Assembly (NCBI RefSeq): GCF_030028105.1
Contig: NC_092376.1
Location: 175,648,143 to 175,706,332, forward strand
From: Mobula birostris
Taxonomy: Eukaryota
Direction: 5' to 3'
Length of the DNA stretch: 58,190 bases
How positions within the stretch are numbered: the first letter of the stretch is position 1; each line of letters begins with the position of its first letter. Positions 24,164-36,597 of the stretch are shown here, piece by piece. The position numbers were made by a program, and so were the translations under genes. The notes below the pieces were generated by a model. It was not told where the DNA came from. It worked only from the letters and a program-made list of their open reading frames with translations, and ran no database searches.

Positions 24164-26002
24164 CATAAAAACGCTTGCTAATTTCTCTCTGTCCAAAGTC
24201 TCAGTTCCTCACCAGACAGGAACACAACCCACCTCTCGCCAGCTACAGAATTAAGTTCAGTTCCTCAGCAGATGGAGAACCCATCCCACCTCTCACCAGC
24301 TACAGCACCCACTTTTCAAAGGGAATTAGAGGGCGGAAGGCCTCTGGTGGCAATGTGCTAAAGGGAGAGATTTAAAATTAGTTTATTTATCGCACACACC
24401 ATGAAATGTATTGTTTGTGTCAACAACCAACACAGTCCGAGCATGTGCTGGGGGCAGCCTGCAAGTGTCACCATAGCATGCCCACAATGTATTAACCCAA
24501 ACCGGTACATCTCTGGGGTCTGAGAGGAAACCAGGGCACCCTGAGGAAACACACATGCTCACAGGGAGAACGTAGAAACTCGTTACAGACTGCTGGCGGA
24601 ATTGAATCCTGGACACTAGCACTGTAATAGTGTTACACACTGTGCTACCACAAATACTCCGAACGTCCCTACCCTGGCTGGGGGTCACTGAGAAGTCCGC
24701 AGCAGCACCAACCGCAAATTAATCCTGAGGTAGGGCTTCGCCACAAAACATCAAAAATTCTGTCCCCCACAGAAGCTGCTCAACCTGGCATAGCTCACCC
24801 AAAGACTTTTTCCCAGAGTAGAAGTGGTGAATATGAGGGGGCATAATTTTAAGGTAATTAGAGGGAAGTATAGGGGTCAGAGGTTGGTGTTCTTTTTTAA
24901 AACAGAAAGAGTGGTGGGTGTGTGGAACACCCTGCCAGGGGTGGTGGTAGAGGCAGGTACATTAGGGACATTTAGAAACTGTTAGATGGGCACATGGAGG
25001 GCTATGTGGGAGGGAAGGGTTAGATTGATCTTAGAGTAGGTTTAAAGGTCAGCACAACATGGTAGACTGTGTTGTACTGTTCAGTGTTCTATGCACTGAG
25101 GTACAATGAAAATCTTGTCTTGCACACCGTGCTTACAGATCAGATTATTACCCTGTGCATTGAGGTAGAACAAGTTCTATGCTTTATGCTCTGTGTCCTA
25201 TGAAATGGAGATTAAACCAGTGTCTTAGATCAGGTAACTGTATCGGGAATAATCTACATACCAGACCCCAGACTGGTGAAATCAGGAAGTTGATCAAAGT
25301 CAGAAACTGATCTTTCTCTTTGCTCATGGATCATCAGTGACCTCTGGTGGACAGTGTGTGTTGGTACAGTGAGTCACTCATGAGTGTAACAGACCCTTCT
25401 GCCCATTGTCATCATGCTGACCACCCTCATTCCATTTTCCAGCACTCTGTCAGTAACCTATGACAGGACTTTTCAAGTGAACTACATATTTTACAATTAA
25501 CAATGACCAATTAACCTACTAACTGGTACATATTTGGACTGTGGGAGGAAGCTGGAGCACCCGGTGGAGATCCACATATCCCATGGGGAGGACGTACAAA
25601 CTCCTTACAAAGGGGGCCAGGATTGAAATCCAAAGTCCGTTGCCCCGAGCTGTAATAACATCCAACTAACCACTACGTTGCTGTAGTGAAACGGTGTGCG
25701 AGACACAAGAGGTACAGAATTCTTTTATTTTTATTTGCACAGTTTGCCTTTTTTTGCACATTGGTTGTTTGTCAGTCTTTCGTTGATAAACTTTTTCATA
25801 AAATCTGTTGTATTCTTTAATTTTCCTGTAAATGCCGGAAAGAAAATGAATCTCGAGGTTGTACATGGTGGCATATACACATTTGTACATACTTTCATAA
25901 CAAATTTACTTTCTGACTTTGAGAAGCCTGAAGTCCAGCACCACCAGGTTCAGGAACGGCTGCTTTCCTAGAATGAATCAGGTTCTCGATCGACCTGCAC
26001 AT

Positions 26003-26705
26003 CCTGATTGACCAGTCATTGAAAGTGGGCATGCAGGTACAGCAGGCAGTGAAAAAGGTGAATGGTATGCTGGCATTTATAGCAAGAGGATTCGAGTACA
26101 GGAGCAGGGAGGTACTACTGCAGTTGTACAAGGCCTTGGTGAGACCACACCTGGAGTATTGTGTGCAGTTTTGGTCCCCTAATCTGAGGAAAGACATTCT
26201 TGTCATAGAGGGAGTACAAAGAAGGTTCACCAGATTGATTCCTGGGATGGCAGGACTTTCATATGATGAAAGACTGGATCAACTAGGCTTATACTCGTTG
26301 GAATTTAGAAGATTGAGGGGGGATCTGATTGAAACATATAAAATTCTGAAGGGATTGGACAGCTAGATGCAGGAAGATTGTTCCCGATGTTGGGGAAGTC
26401 CAGAATGAGGGGTCACAGTTTAAGGATAAAGGGGAAGCCTTTTAGGACCGAGATGAGGAAAAACTTCTTCACACAGAGAGTGGTGAATCTGTGGAATTCT
26501 CTGCCACAGGAAACAGTTGAGGCCAATTCATTGGCTATATTTAAGAGGGAGTTAGATATGGCCCTTGTGGCTAAAGGGATCAGGGGGTATGGAGAGAAGG
26601 CAGGTACAGGGTTCTGAGTTGGATGATCAGCCATGGTCGTACTGAATGGCGGTGCAGGCTCGAAGGGCCGAATGGCCTACTCCTGTACCTATTTTCTATG
26701 TTTCT
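26003..26705 (+). mobile_element. Young CR1, 5'-truncated 3' end
   Basis: Highly similar by eye to 34625-35320 and 51490-52200; tail ctattttctatgtttct. Confidence 0.92.
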
Positions 26706-27974
26706 GACCCTCATCCTCACTCAACAGCAGAACACTAGAGACTACCTCTTCCCCTACCATCGACTGTGACATCTTTGCAGAGTCATTTTCTTCTCTCTTC
26801 ACTGTCTTGGATAACTAAGGTGCCATGCTGGAGTAGCGGTTAGCGCGATGCTACGAGAGCGTGGGGCGTCTGAGTTCAATTCCAACGTCATCTGTAAGAA
26901 GTTTTACGTCCTTCCCATCAGCATGTGAGATTCCTCCCTCAGTCCGAGGAGTACCGGATAGTAGGTTAATTGGCCATGGTAAATTGCCCTGTGATTAGAC
27001 TAGGGCCTCGTTGGCCGGAAGGGCCTGTCCCACACTGTATCTTCAAATAAATAAATAATTTGTGTTTCATTTCTGTTCTGTGTGATGTTTGTACCTACGT
27101 GTCTGTGGCACTGCTGAGAGTGTGTGTTTCACTGTACCTGTACCTCTCTGTACTTGGAAATACGGCAATAAACTCGACTTCACTTGCTCTCACCACCCCC
27201 TTCAATTTCCAACACCCTCTGCTTCGGGAAAAAAGTCTTCCTCAGATCCCTCTAACTCAAATACTCCTCACCTCAAACCCCTGTCCATCTCACAGACTCA
27301 TCCGCCGAGGGGCGAGTCTCTAAATGTCGACATTACATTGGGTTACAGTATAAACTGACATTTTTCGTAGAGTTTAACTTCCTTCATAATACCATAAGAC
27401 GTTCCAAGGTCAACTTAAGTTTATTATCAAAGTACATAGATGTCACCATATACAACCCCGAGATTCTTTGTCTTGTGGGCATTTACAGCAGAACAAAAAA
27501 TACAACAGAATTAATGAAAAAATATATACTGTGAAATAGAGAGAGAGAGAAAGAGAGTCATGACAGAGACATAGAATATAGAAATTTACAGCTCATTACA
27601 GGCCTTTCAGCCCACAATGTTGTGCTGACCACGTAACCTACTGCAGAAAATGCCTCGAATAAGACAGAGAGAGTAAGTAAGAGAACACAGGCGCCTGATG
27701 GTTGGTTGAGTATTAATAATAGACCAGAAGGAACTTCTTTACCAGAGAGTGGTGAGTCTGTGGAATTTGTTGCTGCAGGTGGTTGTGTAGGCCAAATATT
27801 GGGTATACTTAAAGCAGAAGGTTGATAGGTTCCTGATTGGTCAGGGCATACAGAGAGAAGGCAGGAGATCAGGGCTGAGAGGGAAAATGGATTGGCCATG
27901 ATGAAATGACAGAGCAGACTTGATGGGCCAAATGGCCTCATTCTGTTCCCATCTCCGCTACCATCAGGCAGTGA

Positions 27975-28520
27975 CGGAGGCCCCCAGTGGAAGTCTCTTT
28001 ACGCAGGGGTCTTTCCCCTGTACTTTGGGGGCCTGGGGTGGAGGGTGTTGCAAAGGGCAGTTCTGTGCAACAGATTCCTGAGCAGGTTCACTGATACCCC
28101 CTCCACCTGTCCATTCCATGGTCAGGAGGGCTCAGTGTACCAGTCTGCATGGTATTTGAGAGGATGCAGGCCCTGTTGGAATATCTGAGGGGGCTGCTTC
28201 TCATTTTCCGGCTGCACGTCAGCCCCGCGCTCCTGTACGTGGGCACCCAGTACGGAGGGGTGGATTGCTCAGAGGACGTCCACTTGGGCTTGCTCCTGGC
28301 CTGCCCAAGATGGCTGTTTGCAGGTCTAGGCACCAGGCTGTTGAGGTCTATGCCCAGGCTGACTGCCTGCCCTTTTTCTGGACATTTGTCCCTAGGTGTC
28401 CTTAGGCAGGGAGTGTGCAGCCATTATGGGTTCAGTGGGGGATTTCTGTGAACTGCGGGCCCCCTGGGGAACTCAGTGTATTATAGATGGTAATAACTAT
28501 TTTAATTTGAAGTTTTGTAC
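27975..28520 (+). mobile_element. Tx1-clade LINE, C-terminal fragment
   Basis: PQWKSLYAGVFPLYFG.LGWRVLQRAVLCNRFL and YLRGLLLIFRLHVSP, typical of Tx1 ORF2 ends. Confidence 0.7.
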
Positions 28521-30654
28521 GTTTATAAAAACAAGGGAGGGGGAGGGAGTTTTAGTGTTTAGAACTGTGGGCACACATGAAACAAGAGAGTGAGTCAGCA
28601 AGTTAAATCACACCGTTTCATTTCCCAAAACTCTCATCTGCTGAAAGAATCAACTGCAGCCCCAGGGAACAGAGATCTGTCATTGGGGGAAGATAAAAGA
28701 TTAGCAGATTAGCTTTATTTGTCACATATACATTAAAACACGCAGTGGAATGTGTTGTTTGCTTCAGCAGCCAACACAGTCTGAGGATGCGCCCACAAGT
28801 GCAGCCACACTTCCAGCACCAACATGGCATATCCACAACCTGCTACCCCTAACCTGCATGCCTTTGGACAGCGAGAGGAAACCTGCGTGGTGACAGGGAG
28901 AACGTACAGACTCCTCACAGAAGCAGTGGGAATTGAACCCAGGTCACTAGCACTATCGTCTTATGCTAACCACTAGGTTACCATGGCACCCGCACCATAC
29001 TCCGGAGTCTGCAGGTGCTGGAATCCGGAGTGACTCACCCAGTGCCGGAGGAACCCAGCAGGTCAGGCGGCATCTGCAGAGGGAAATGGAGAGCCAGCGT
29101 TTCGGGTCAAGACCCTTCATCAGAATTGAAATGGCGACTATGGGCAGCACAGTGGCGTAATGCTATTACAGCGCCAATGACTGGATTCAATTACTGTCAC
29201 TGTCTGTACGTTCTCTCCATGACCGCGTGGGTTTCCTCCGGGTGCTCCGGTTTCCTCCCACATTCCAAAGATGTACGGATTAGGGTTGGTGAGCCGTGAG
29301 CATGCTGTGCTGGCCCAGAACCACGGCAACACTTGCAAGGCTGAGTCTAGCATATCCTCGCACTGTGTTGGTCATCGATGCAAATGACAATTTTCTGTGT
29401 GTGTGTGTGACAAATAAAGAGAATCTCTTCCACCCAAATGAGATATTTAATCAGGAACACTGTGTATGCAGGGTCCTTAGAATTGTCAGTGATCCCTCCC
29501 ATCCACCCCACAATCTCTTTGACCCCCTACCATCAGGCAGCCGGCACTAGGACACGGACTGTTAGGATGGAAAACAGGCTCTTCCCCCAGACTCTGGGAT
29601 TAGTGAACTTCCTGCCACCACCCAGGTCTCATCATCCATAAAGTGCCAGTGGTTTTATACTCTTTACTTTTTAACTTGTGTTGTAAATACTAAATGTCAA
29701 TCTTCTGCAACATATTTTACTATTTGTTAATTTATTTGCGGTAATATTACTTTATGTTGTGTATGCACTTTGGTCTGGAGAGACGTTGGTTTATTTGGCA
29801 GTATACATGTGTGTGTTGAATGACAATAAACTTGAACTTTATAATCTTTCTCCCTCTACCTCCATAGAAGCTGCCTGGCTTGCTGACTTCCTCCAGCAGC
29901 ATTTTTTTTTACAATGCAGAGCCATCCCTGAGTATTTCAGAATTCCACTGCCCGGAATCAGAAAAGGCTGCAGAGGTTGTAAAGTCATCCGGCTCCATCA
30001 CGGGCACGAACCTCCCCAGCATCCAGGACAACTTCAACTGGTGACCCCTCAGAAAGGCGGCGTCCATCATTCAGGGCCCCCATCGCCCAGGACATGCCCC
30101 CTTCTCATTGAGGAGCTACAGGAGCCTGAAGAAACACACTCAACGTTTCAGGAACAGCTTCTTCCCCTCCGCCATCAGATTTCTGAATGGACAATGAGCC
30201 CATGAACACTACCTCAGTACTTTCCGCTCTTTTTGCACTACTTGTAGTAATTCATAGTCTTTATTATCACGAACTGCGCTGTACTGCAGCAGCAAAACAA
30301 TACATTTCGCGACAAGCATTCTGATTCGGATTCAAACAGGCAGTACTACTTGGGCACAATAACCAACCCGGATCTGGCTTCAAGCCCGACCGTAACCCTC
30401 AGATCGGCCTGTCCATCGGAAACTTTCACTTCCCAATGCACGTCTCCCCTCAGAAACTTCATAAATTTATCTCGCGGAGTGTGAGTCACATGGTCGCATG
30501 CATCAACGCACACAAGTCTATCTTTGGTCCCCCTCCGTCTTTTTTTATCTCAACGTGCGAGTGTGTGTGTGTTTCATAGAGTGTACTTTTTTAAAATTTA
30601 TTTTTTATTGAATTTCATCATCAAACATTTCCACAAGATTAGAGAGTACTTTTC

Positions 30655-31050
30655 AAGGGTTGTGGCCCCTCCGTCAGTCGGGACCAACCACGGATGACTA
30701 GCTATCTACATCAAGGTCAACAGGGAACCCAGTACACAAGCCAGGGCAGTACAGTACAACATGGAGAGCGAGCTGTTGCTACCCCTCACCACGCAATCGA
30801 TGAATCCAAACGAACGGCAGGGATCGATTCTGCTTAGCACCAGCAGTGTTGCAGGAGTTGAACTCAACGTCGGGCTGCCTCAGGGACTCTAGAGCTGGAC
30901 CTTTCCTCCAGGTTTACCCCCGAAGCCTTCCCCATGTGTGGGTCTAACCGTAAGGCAGCGGAGGTTTGAGATCAGAGTTTTCCTTCCAGACTAGCTGCCA
31001 GCCACGGCTGGCGAGCCCCATCTGCCCGACGCGACTGGTTTTAAGGCTTT
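30655..31050 (+). mobile_element. Probable RTE-related SINE or LINE 5' fragment
   Basis: CpG-retaining block (tcagagttttccttc..tagctgcca..gagccc) resembling RTE-associated 5' UTRs; family call from memory. Confidence 0.4.
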
Positions 31051-31350
31051 GTCCCTTCTCCCGTCAGCAGAAACGGTTCAAGACACACCTGAAGGCCAGG
31101 AGCTGGACTTGGTTGCCAAAGGCTATTTGATACGCGTGTCATTGGGAGCGTTTAATAGGCAGTGGGAGCTTGTACCCAATATCCCACCTCCCCCGGCTAT
31201 GACAACCTTAAGGAACCTTTTCAAAGGTAATACGGGAAAAAAAAACAGAATTCTGCAAACACTCAGCAAGATCTGCGGAGAGTGAAACACGGTAAAAAAA
31301 AACGGTTCAGATCTGGTTCCTTCGACCCGATGACTGTTAACTGTTTCTAT

Positions 31351-31537
31351 CTCCACAGACGCTGCCTGACCTGCTGAGTGTGAATTCCCTCTCCACAGAG
31401 GCTGCCTGACCTGCTGAGTGTGAATTCCCTCTCCACAGACGCTGCCTGACCTGCTGAGTGTGAATTCCCTCTCCACAGAGGCTGCCTGACCTGCTGAGTG
31501 TGAATTCCTTCTCCACAGACGCTGCCTGACCTGCTGA
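31351..31537 (+). repeat. 40-bp tandem repeat, ~4.7 copies
   Basis: Unit ctccacaga(c/g)gctgcctgacctgctgagtgtgaattccct, contiguous with no spacers. Confidence 0.95.
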
Positions 31538-32664
31538 TTTCCTTCAATAATTTTTTTTGTTTGCTCAGACAATGAAGAGTTGTTCCTGAATATTAAAACA
31601 CTGGGTGGGTATCTCTCTCCCTCCCTCTCCACCAACTTCTTTTCCAAATTCAAGACAATTTATTGTAATTTCCAGTACACATTATACAGGGAAGCAAAAT
31701 AATTGTTACTTCAGATCAGATGCAGCAGAAAACACACAATAAATATAAATACATAAGATAGCTTGTGTGCCCATAAAGTGACGCTAGGCAGAGGAGTGTC
31801 TGTCTATACAAGATGACTGACTGGAAATGCTGAAAGAACGGTGGTTGGACTGGGGAGGGGTGGTCCTGAGGAAGGGTCTCGACGCGAAACATCGACTGTT
31901 TATTCCTCTCCGCAGATGCTGCCTCACCTGCTGAGCTCCTCCAGCATTACTCTGTTTTTATTTCGGATTTCCAATGAGGGTGTGGGTCAACGAATTCCCC
32001 TCCCGGGACAGTAATAAAATCTTTACGGGGGTCGACGGCCCTGCAACCTGATGCTTCCCATATTTGGCATCCCGGACGCCGGTGGGTGGGTGACCTGCTC
32101 TCCGAGGGCTCTGAGAGGAACGGTATCGATGCTCCTGACCTGCAGAGTTTCCCCAGTACAGTATTGTGTGTGTGTGTGTGTGTCTGTGTGTTTACTCTGG
32201 GTTTCCAGTATCTCTCGCGTTTCACGAGTTGAACACCTGCAGCTTAGAAGACATAGGAGCAGAATTAAGCCGTTCGGCCCATCGAGTCTTCTCCGCCATT
32301 TCAACCCCATTCTCCTGCCTTCTCCCTGTGATGTCCTTTCCAATGGAGAACATATCAATATCCAGTTTCAATCTATCAAATAAATTGGTTTCCACTGCAC
32401 CCGTTTGTGTTCATCTGACTCTTTGCACGATCTCTCCTACGCTAAAGATCTTGATCTGCCAGTCTATCTCATATCAGCATCTGCACTTTATAAGACCATA
32501 ATTCACAGCAGCAGAGTTGGGCCATTCGGCCCATTGCGTCTGCTCTGCCATTTCATCAGGGCTGATTTATTTTCCCTCAGTCCCATTCTCCTGCCTTCTC
32601 CCTGCACCCTTTGAATCAAAAACCCGCTTTACACACATCCAGAGATTTGGTCGTGGGGTCTCAC

Positions 32665-32777
32665 CTCTGGGTAGTGACCTGGCTGGGAGCCATCGATCGG
32701 ACCTCCACATCGCTGTGACTGACGATGTCCTGCTGAGAGTTCCTCAGCAAAGCATTCTGCTGTTCGTCCACAGACAT
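32665..32777 (-). CDS. CD74: CD74 exon 1: cytoplasmic tail MSVDEQQNALLRNSQQDIVSHSDVEVRSMAPSQVTTQ(R)
   Basis: Kozak ggcaccATG; acidic-dileucine motif DEQQNALL; 113 nt ending in phase 2 at donor AG|gtgaga, in frame with exon 2. Confidence 0.93.
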
Positions 32778-32863
32778 GGTGCCAATCCTCCACTCAGAAC
32801 AGGTCCGGCTGCAGTGCAATCTATGGGCAGAGCAGAGATGGACACGATTTTTTTAATCTCAAC

Positions 32864-32893
32864 GAGGAAGTTAAAACCTGCTTGGAAAGTCCC
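32864..32893 (-). promoter_or_regulatory. CD74 proximal promoter: kB site GGGACTTTCC (32884-32893) and PU.1/Ets box GAGGAAGT (32864-32871)
   Basis: Exact canonical kB decamer 107-116 nt upstream of the ATG, next to an Ets core. Mammalian CD74 promoters are kB- and PU.1-regulated. Confidence 0.7.
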
Positions 32894-32954
32894 TACCGTA
32901 CTTAAGCGAACATGAGTCCAACCCTGAATATAAGCACCTATAAAGTGGAAATAT

Positions 32955-33320
32955 TTAAAGCGGAAGTTCTTGATTAGTCAGGGCGAGGTGGAGAGGATGT
33001 TTCCTACAGTGGGTGAGTCTAGGACCAGAGGAGACAGCCTCAGAATAGAGGGACGTCCATTTAGAATGGAGGTGATGATTTTTTTTCTTTAGCCAGAGAG
33101 CGGTGAATCGGTGGAATTCACTGCCACAGATAGCTGTGGCGGCCAAGTCATTGGGAGTGTATTTAAAGTGAAGGTTGACAAGTTCTTGATTAATCAGGGA
33201 ATCAAAGGTCACGGGGAGAAGGAAGGAGAATGGGGTTGAGGGGGATAATAAATCAGACATGATAGAATGATGGAACAGGCTCAATGGGCTGAATGGCCTG
33301 ATTCTGCTCCTATGTCTAAA
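32955..33320 (+). mobile_element. CR1 3' fragment immediately upstream of the CD74 promoter
   Basis: tctaggaccagagg..cctcagaatagagggacgtcc..gaattcactgccacag CR1 tail. Confidence 0.85.
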
Positions 33321-33609
33321 GTGGTCTAAAGTGCATTGTGGTCTAAAGTTCTCCTAGACTCATAGGGAACTGAAACACACCTACCATGTCTATCAAGTGC
33401 CTGTCACAAGCACAAGAGATTTTGCAGATGCTGGAAATCCAGAACAACACACATACAATGCTGGAGGAATTCAGCAGGTCAGGCAGCATCTATGGAGAGG
33501 AATAAACAGTTTGAGTTTCAGGGTGAAACCCTTCATCAAGATTAGAAAGGAAGGAGGAAGAAGCCAGAATAAGAAGGTGGGGTTGGAAGGAGGACTAGTT
33601 AGAAGATAA

Positions 33610-34130
33610 TTGGTGAGACCAGGTGAGGGGGAAGGTGGGTGGGTGGGTGGGTGGGGAGGGGGTATGAAGTGAGACACTGGGAGGTGATAGGTGGGACCAG
33701 GTGAGGGGGAAGGTGGGTGGGGGAGGGGGGATGAAGTGAGACACTGGGAGGTGATAGGTGAGACCAGGTGAGGGGGAAGGTGGGTGGGTGGGGAGTGGGG
33801 AGAGGGGAGATGAGGTGATACAGTAGGAGGTGATAGGTGAGACCAGGTGAGGGGGAAGGTGGGTGGGGGAGGGGGATGAAGTGAGACACTGGGAGGTGAT
33901 AGGTGAGACTAGGTGAGGGTGAAGGTGGGTGGGTGGGGGAGCAGGGGGATGAAGTGAGACACTGGGAGGTGATAGGTGAGACCAGGTGAGGGGGAAGGTG
34001 TGTGGGTGGGGGAGGGGGATGAAGTGAGACACTGGGAGGTGATAGGTGAGACCAGGTGAGAGGGGAGGTGGATGGGTGGGGAGGGGGGATGAAGTGAGAC
34101 ACTGGGAGGTGATAGGTGGAAAAGGTCAAC
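33610..34130 (+). repeat. G-rich minisatellite, ~7 units of ~65-80 bp, Penelope-derived
   Basis: Unit gaagtgagacactgggaggtgataggtgagaccaggtgagggggaaggtgggtggg. Confidence 0.92.
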
Positions 34131-34624
34131 AGCTCGAGAAGAAGGAATCTGATAGGAGAGAAGAGTGGACCAAGGGAGAAAGGGAAGGAAGAGATGAACT
34201 GGGGATGTGATAGACAGGTGAGAAGAAGAGAAAGGGTTAAAGAGGAGCCAGAATGGGGAATGGAAAAGGAGAGGAGTTGGGGGGGAGGGGGAAGAAATTG
34301 CCAGAAGTGGCAGAATTCAATGTTCATGCCATTACGCAGAAAGGGAAGGAAGAGGAAGGTGGAAAACAGGTGAGGAGAAGAGGAGGGTTGAGAGGGAAAT
34401 CAAAATGGGGAATTATGTTTCCCCTGTTAGGATGGGAAGAGAGAATGGAGTGCCCCTAGCCACATTAGTCCTTCCGCACCTTGCCGATCTACTCAATCAA
34501 ACATGGAAGAATACAGCAGTGTGACATCCATGATGCTAATTAATGTTTGGACCCATAAGAGTTATACCGCACGCAAACAGACCCATCGGCCCATCTTCAT
34601 CAGGTTGACCAAGATGCACTTAGA

Positions 34625-36597
34625 AAACAAAATAGGTGCAGGAGTAGGCCATTCGGCCCTTCGATCCTGCAACACCATTTATTATGATCATGGCTGATCG
34701 TCCAACTCAGAACCCTGCACCAGCCTTCCCTCCATACCCTCTGATCCCCCTAGCCACAAGGGCCATATCTAACTCCCTCTTAAATATAGCCAATGAACTG
34801 GCCTCAACTGTTTCCTGTGGCAGAGAATTCCACAGATTCACCACTCTCTGTGTGAAGAAGTTTTTCCTAATCTCAGTCCTAAAAGACTTCGCCTTTATCC
34901 TCAAACCGTGACCCCTCGTTCTGGACTTCCCCAACATCGGGAACAACCTTCCTGCATCTAGCCTGTCCAATCCCTTTAGGATTTTATACGTTTCAATCAG
35001 ATCCCCCCTCAATCTTCTAAATTCCAATGAGTACAAGCCTAGTTTATCCAGTCTTTCTTCATATGAAAGTCCTGCCATCCCAGGAATCAATCTGGTGAAC
35101 CTTCTTTGTACTCCCTCTATGGCAAGGATGTCTTTCCTCAGATTAGGGGACCAAAACTGCACACAATACTCCAGGTGTGGGCTCACCAAGGCCTTGTACA
35201 ACTGCAGTAGTACCTCCCTGCTCCTGTACTCAAATCCTCTCGCTATAAATGCCAGCATACCATTCGCCTTTTTCACCCCCTGCTGTACCTGCATGCCCAC
35301 TTTCAATGACTGGTGTATAATGACACCCAGGTCTCGTTGCACCTCCCCTTTTCCTAATCGGCCACCATTCAGATAATAATCTGTTTTCCTATTTTTGCCA
35401 CCAAAGTGGATAACTTCACATTTATCCACATTAAATTGCATCTGCCATGAATTTGCCCACTCACCCAACCTATCCAAGTCACTCTTCATCCTCTTAGCAT
35501 CTTCCTCACAGCTAACACTGCCGCCCAACTTCGTGTCATCCGCAAACTTGGAGATGCTGCATTTAATTCCCTCATCCAAGTCATTAATATATATTGTAAA
35601 CAACTGGGGTCCCAGCACTGAGCCTTGCGGTACCCCACTAGTCACTGCCTGCCATTCTGAAAAGGTCCCGTTTATTCCCACTCTTTGCTTCCTGTCTGCT
35701 AACCAATTCTCTATCCACATCAATACCATACCCCCAATACCATGTGCTTTAAGTTTGCACACTAATCTCCTGTGTGGGACCTTGTCAAAAGCCTTTTGAA
35801 AATCCAAATATACCACATCCACTGGTTCTCCCCTATCCATTCTAATAGTTACATCCTCAAAAAATTCTATGAGATTCGTCAGACATGATTTTCCTTTCAC
35901 AAATCCATGCTGAGTTTGTCCGATCATTTCACCGCTTTCCAAATGTGCTGTTATCACATCTTTGATAACTGACTCCAGCAGTTTCCCCACCACCGACGTT
36001 AGGCTAACCGGTCTATAATTTCCTGGTTTCTCTCTCCCTCCTTTTTTAAAAAGTGGGGTTACATTAGCCACCCTCCAATCCTCAGGAACTAGTCCAGAAT
36101 CTAACAAGTTTTGAAAAATTATCACTAATGCATCCACTATTTCTTGGGCTACTTCCTTAAGCACACTGGGATGCAGAGCATCTGGCCCTGGGGATTTATC
36201 TGCCTTTAATCCCTTCAATTTACCTAACACCACTTCCCTACTAACATGTATTTCCCTCAGTTCCTCCATCTCACTGGACCCTCTGTCCCCTACTATTTCT
36301 GGAAGATTATTTATGTCCTCCTTAGTGAAGACAGAACCAAAGTAATTATTCAATTGGTCTGCCATGTCCTTGTTCCCCATAATCAATTCACCTGTTTCTG
36401 TCTGTAGGGGACCTACATTTGTCTTTACTAGTCTTTTCCTTTTAACATATCTATAAAAGCTTTTACAGTCAGTTTTTATGTTCCCTGCCAGTTTTCTCTC
36501 ATAATCTTTTTTCCCCTTCCTAATTAAGCCCTTTGTCCTCCTCTGCTGAACTCTGAATTTCTCCCAGTCCTCAGGTGAGCCACTTTTTCTGGCTACC
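34625..36597 (-). mobile_element. Young 5'-truncated CR1 with an uninterrupted RT reading frame (ORF 34707-36611, 634 aa)
   Basis: KSPGPD, NYRPVSLTS, YLDFQKAFDKVPH, GVPQGSVLGP and KFADD with no stops; no endonuclease domain; intact 3' tail. Confidence 0.97.

Larger units (their letters stand above)
4365..32830 (-). other. CD74: CD74 / MHC class II invariant chain gene span (10 inferred exons, ~324 aa if all are included)
   Basis: Colinear minus-strand exons encode a dileucine cytoplasmic tail, a TM with the conserved AGQ, CLIP, a trimerization domain (..DWQ EFESWLQNWLLFQ) and a thyroglobulin type-1 domain. Exons 1-6 and the Tg exon have AG/GT boundaries and mammalian phases. Transcript ends are approximate. 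Confidence 0.96.

Noticed and set aside
31351-31537. Regular 40-bp repeats resembling a CRISPR array
   Set aside because: No unique spacers, vertebrate context and no cas genes; it is a simple tandem repeat.
32778-32850. Upstream in-frame ATG for a p35-like N-terminal extension
   Set aside because: No ATG in the minus-strand sequence examined upstream of the start codon.
33595-34327. Long Pro/His/Ser-rich ORFs (also 40146-40883 and 20453-21016)
   Set aside because: Translations of minisatellites, G-tracts and N gaps.
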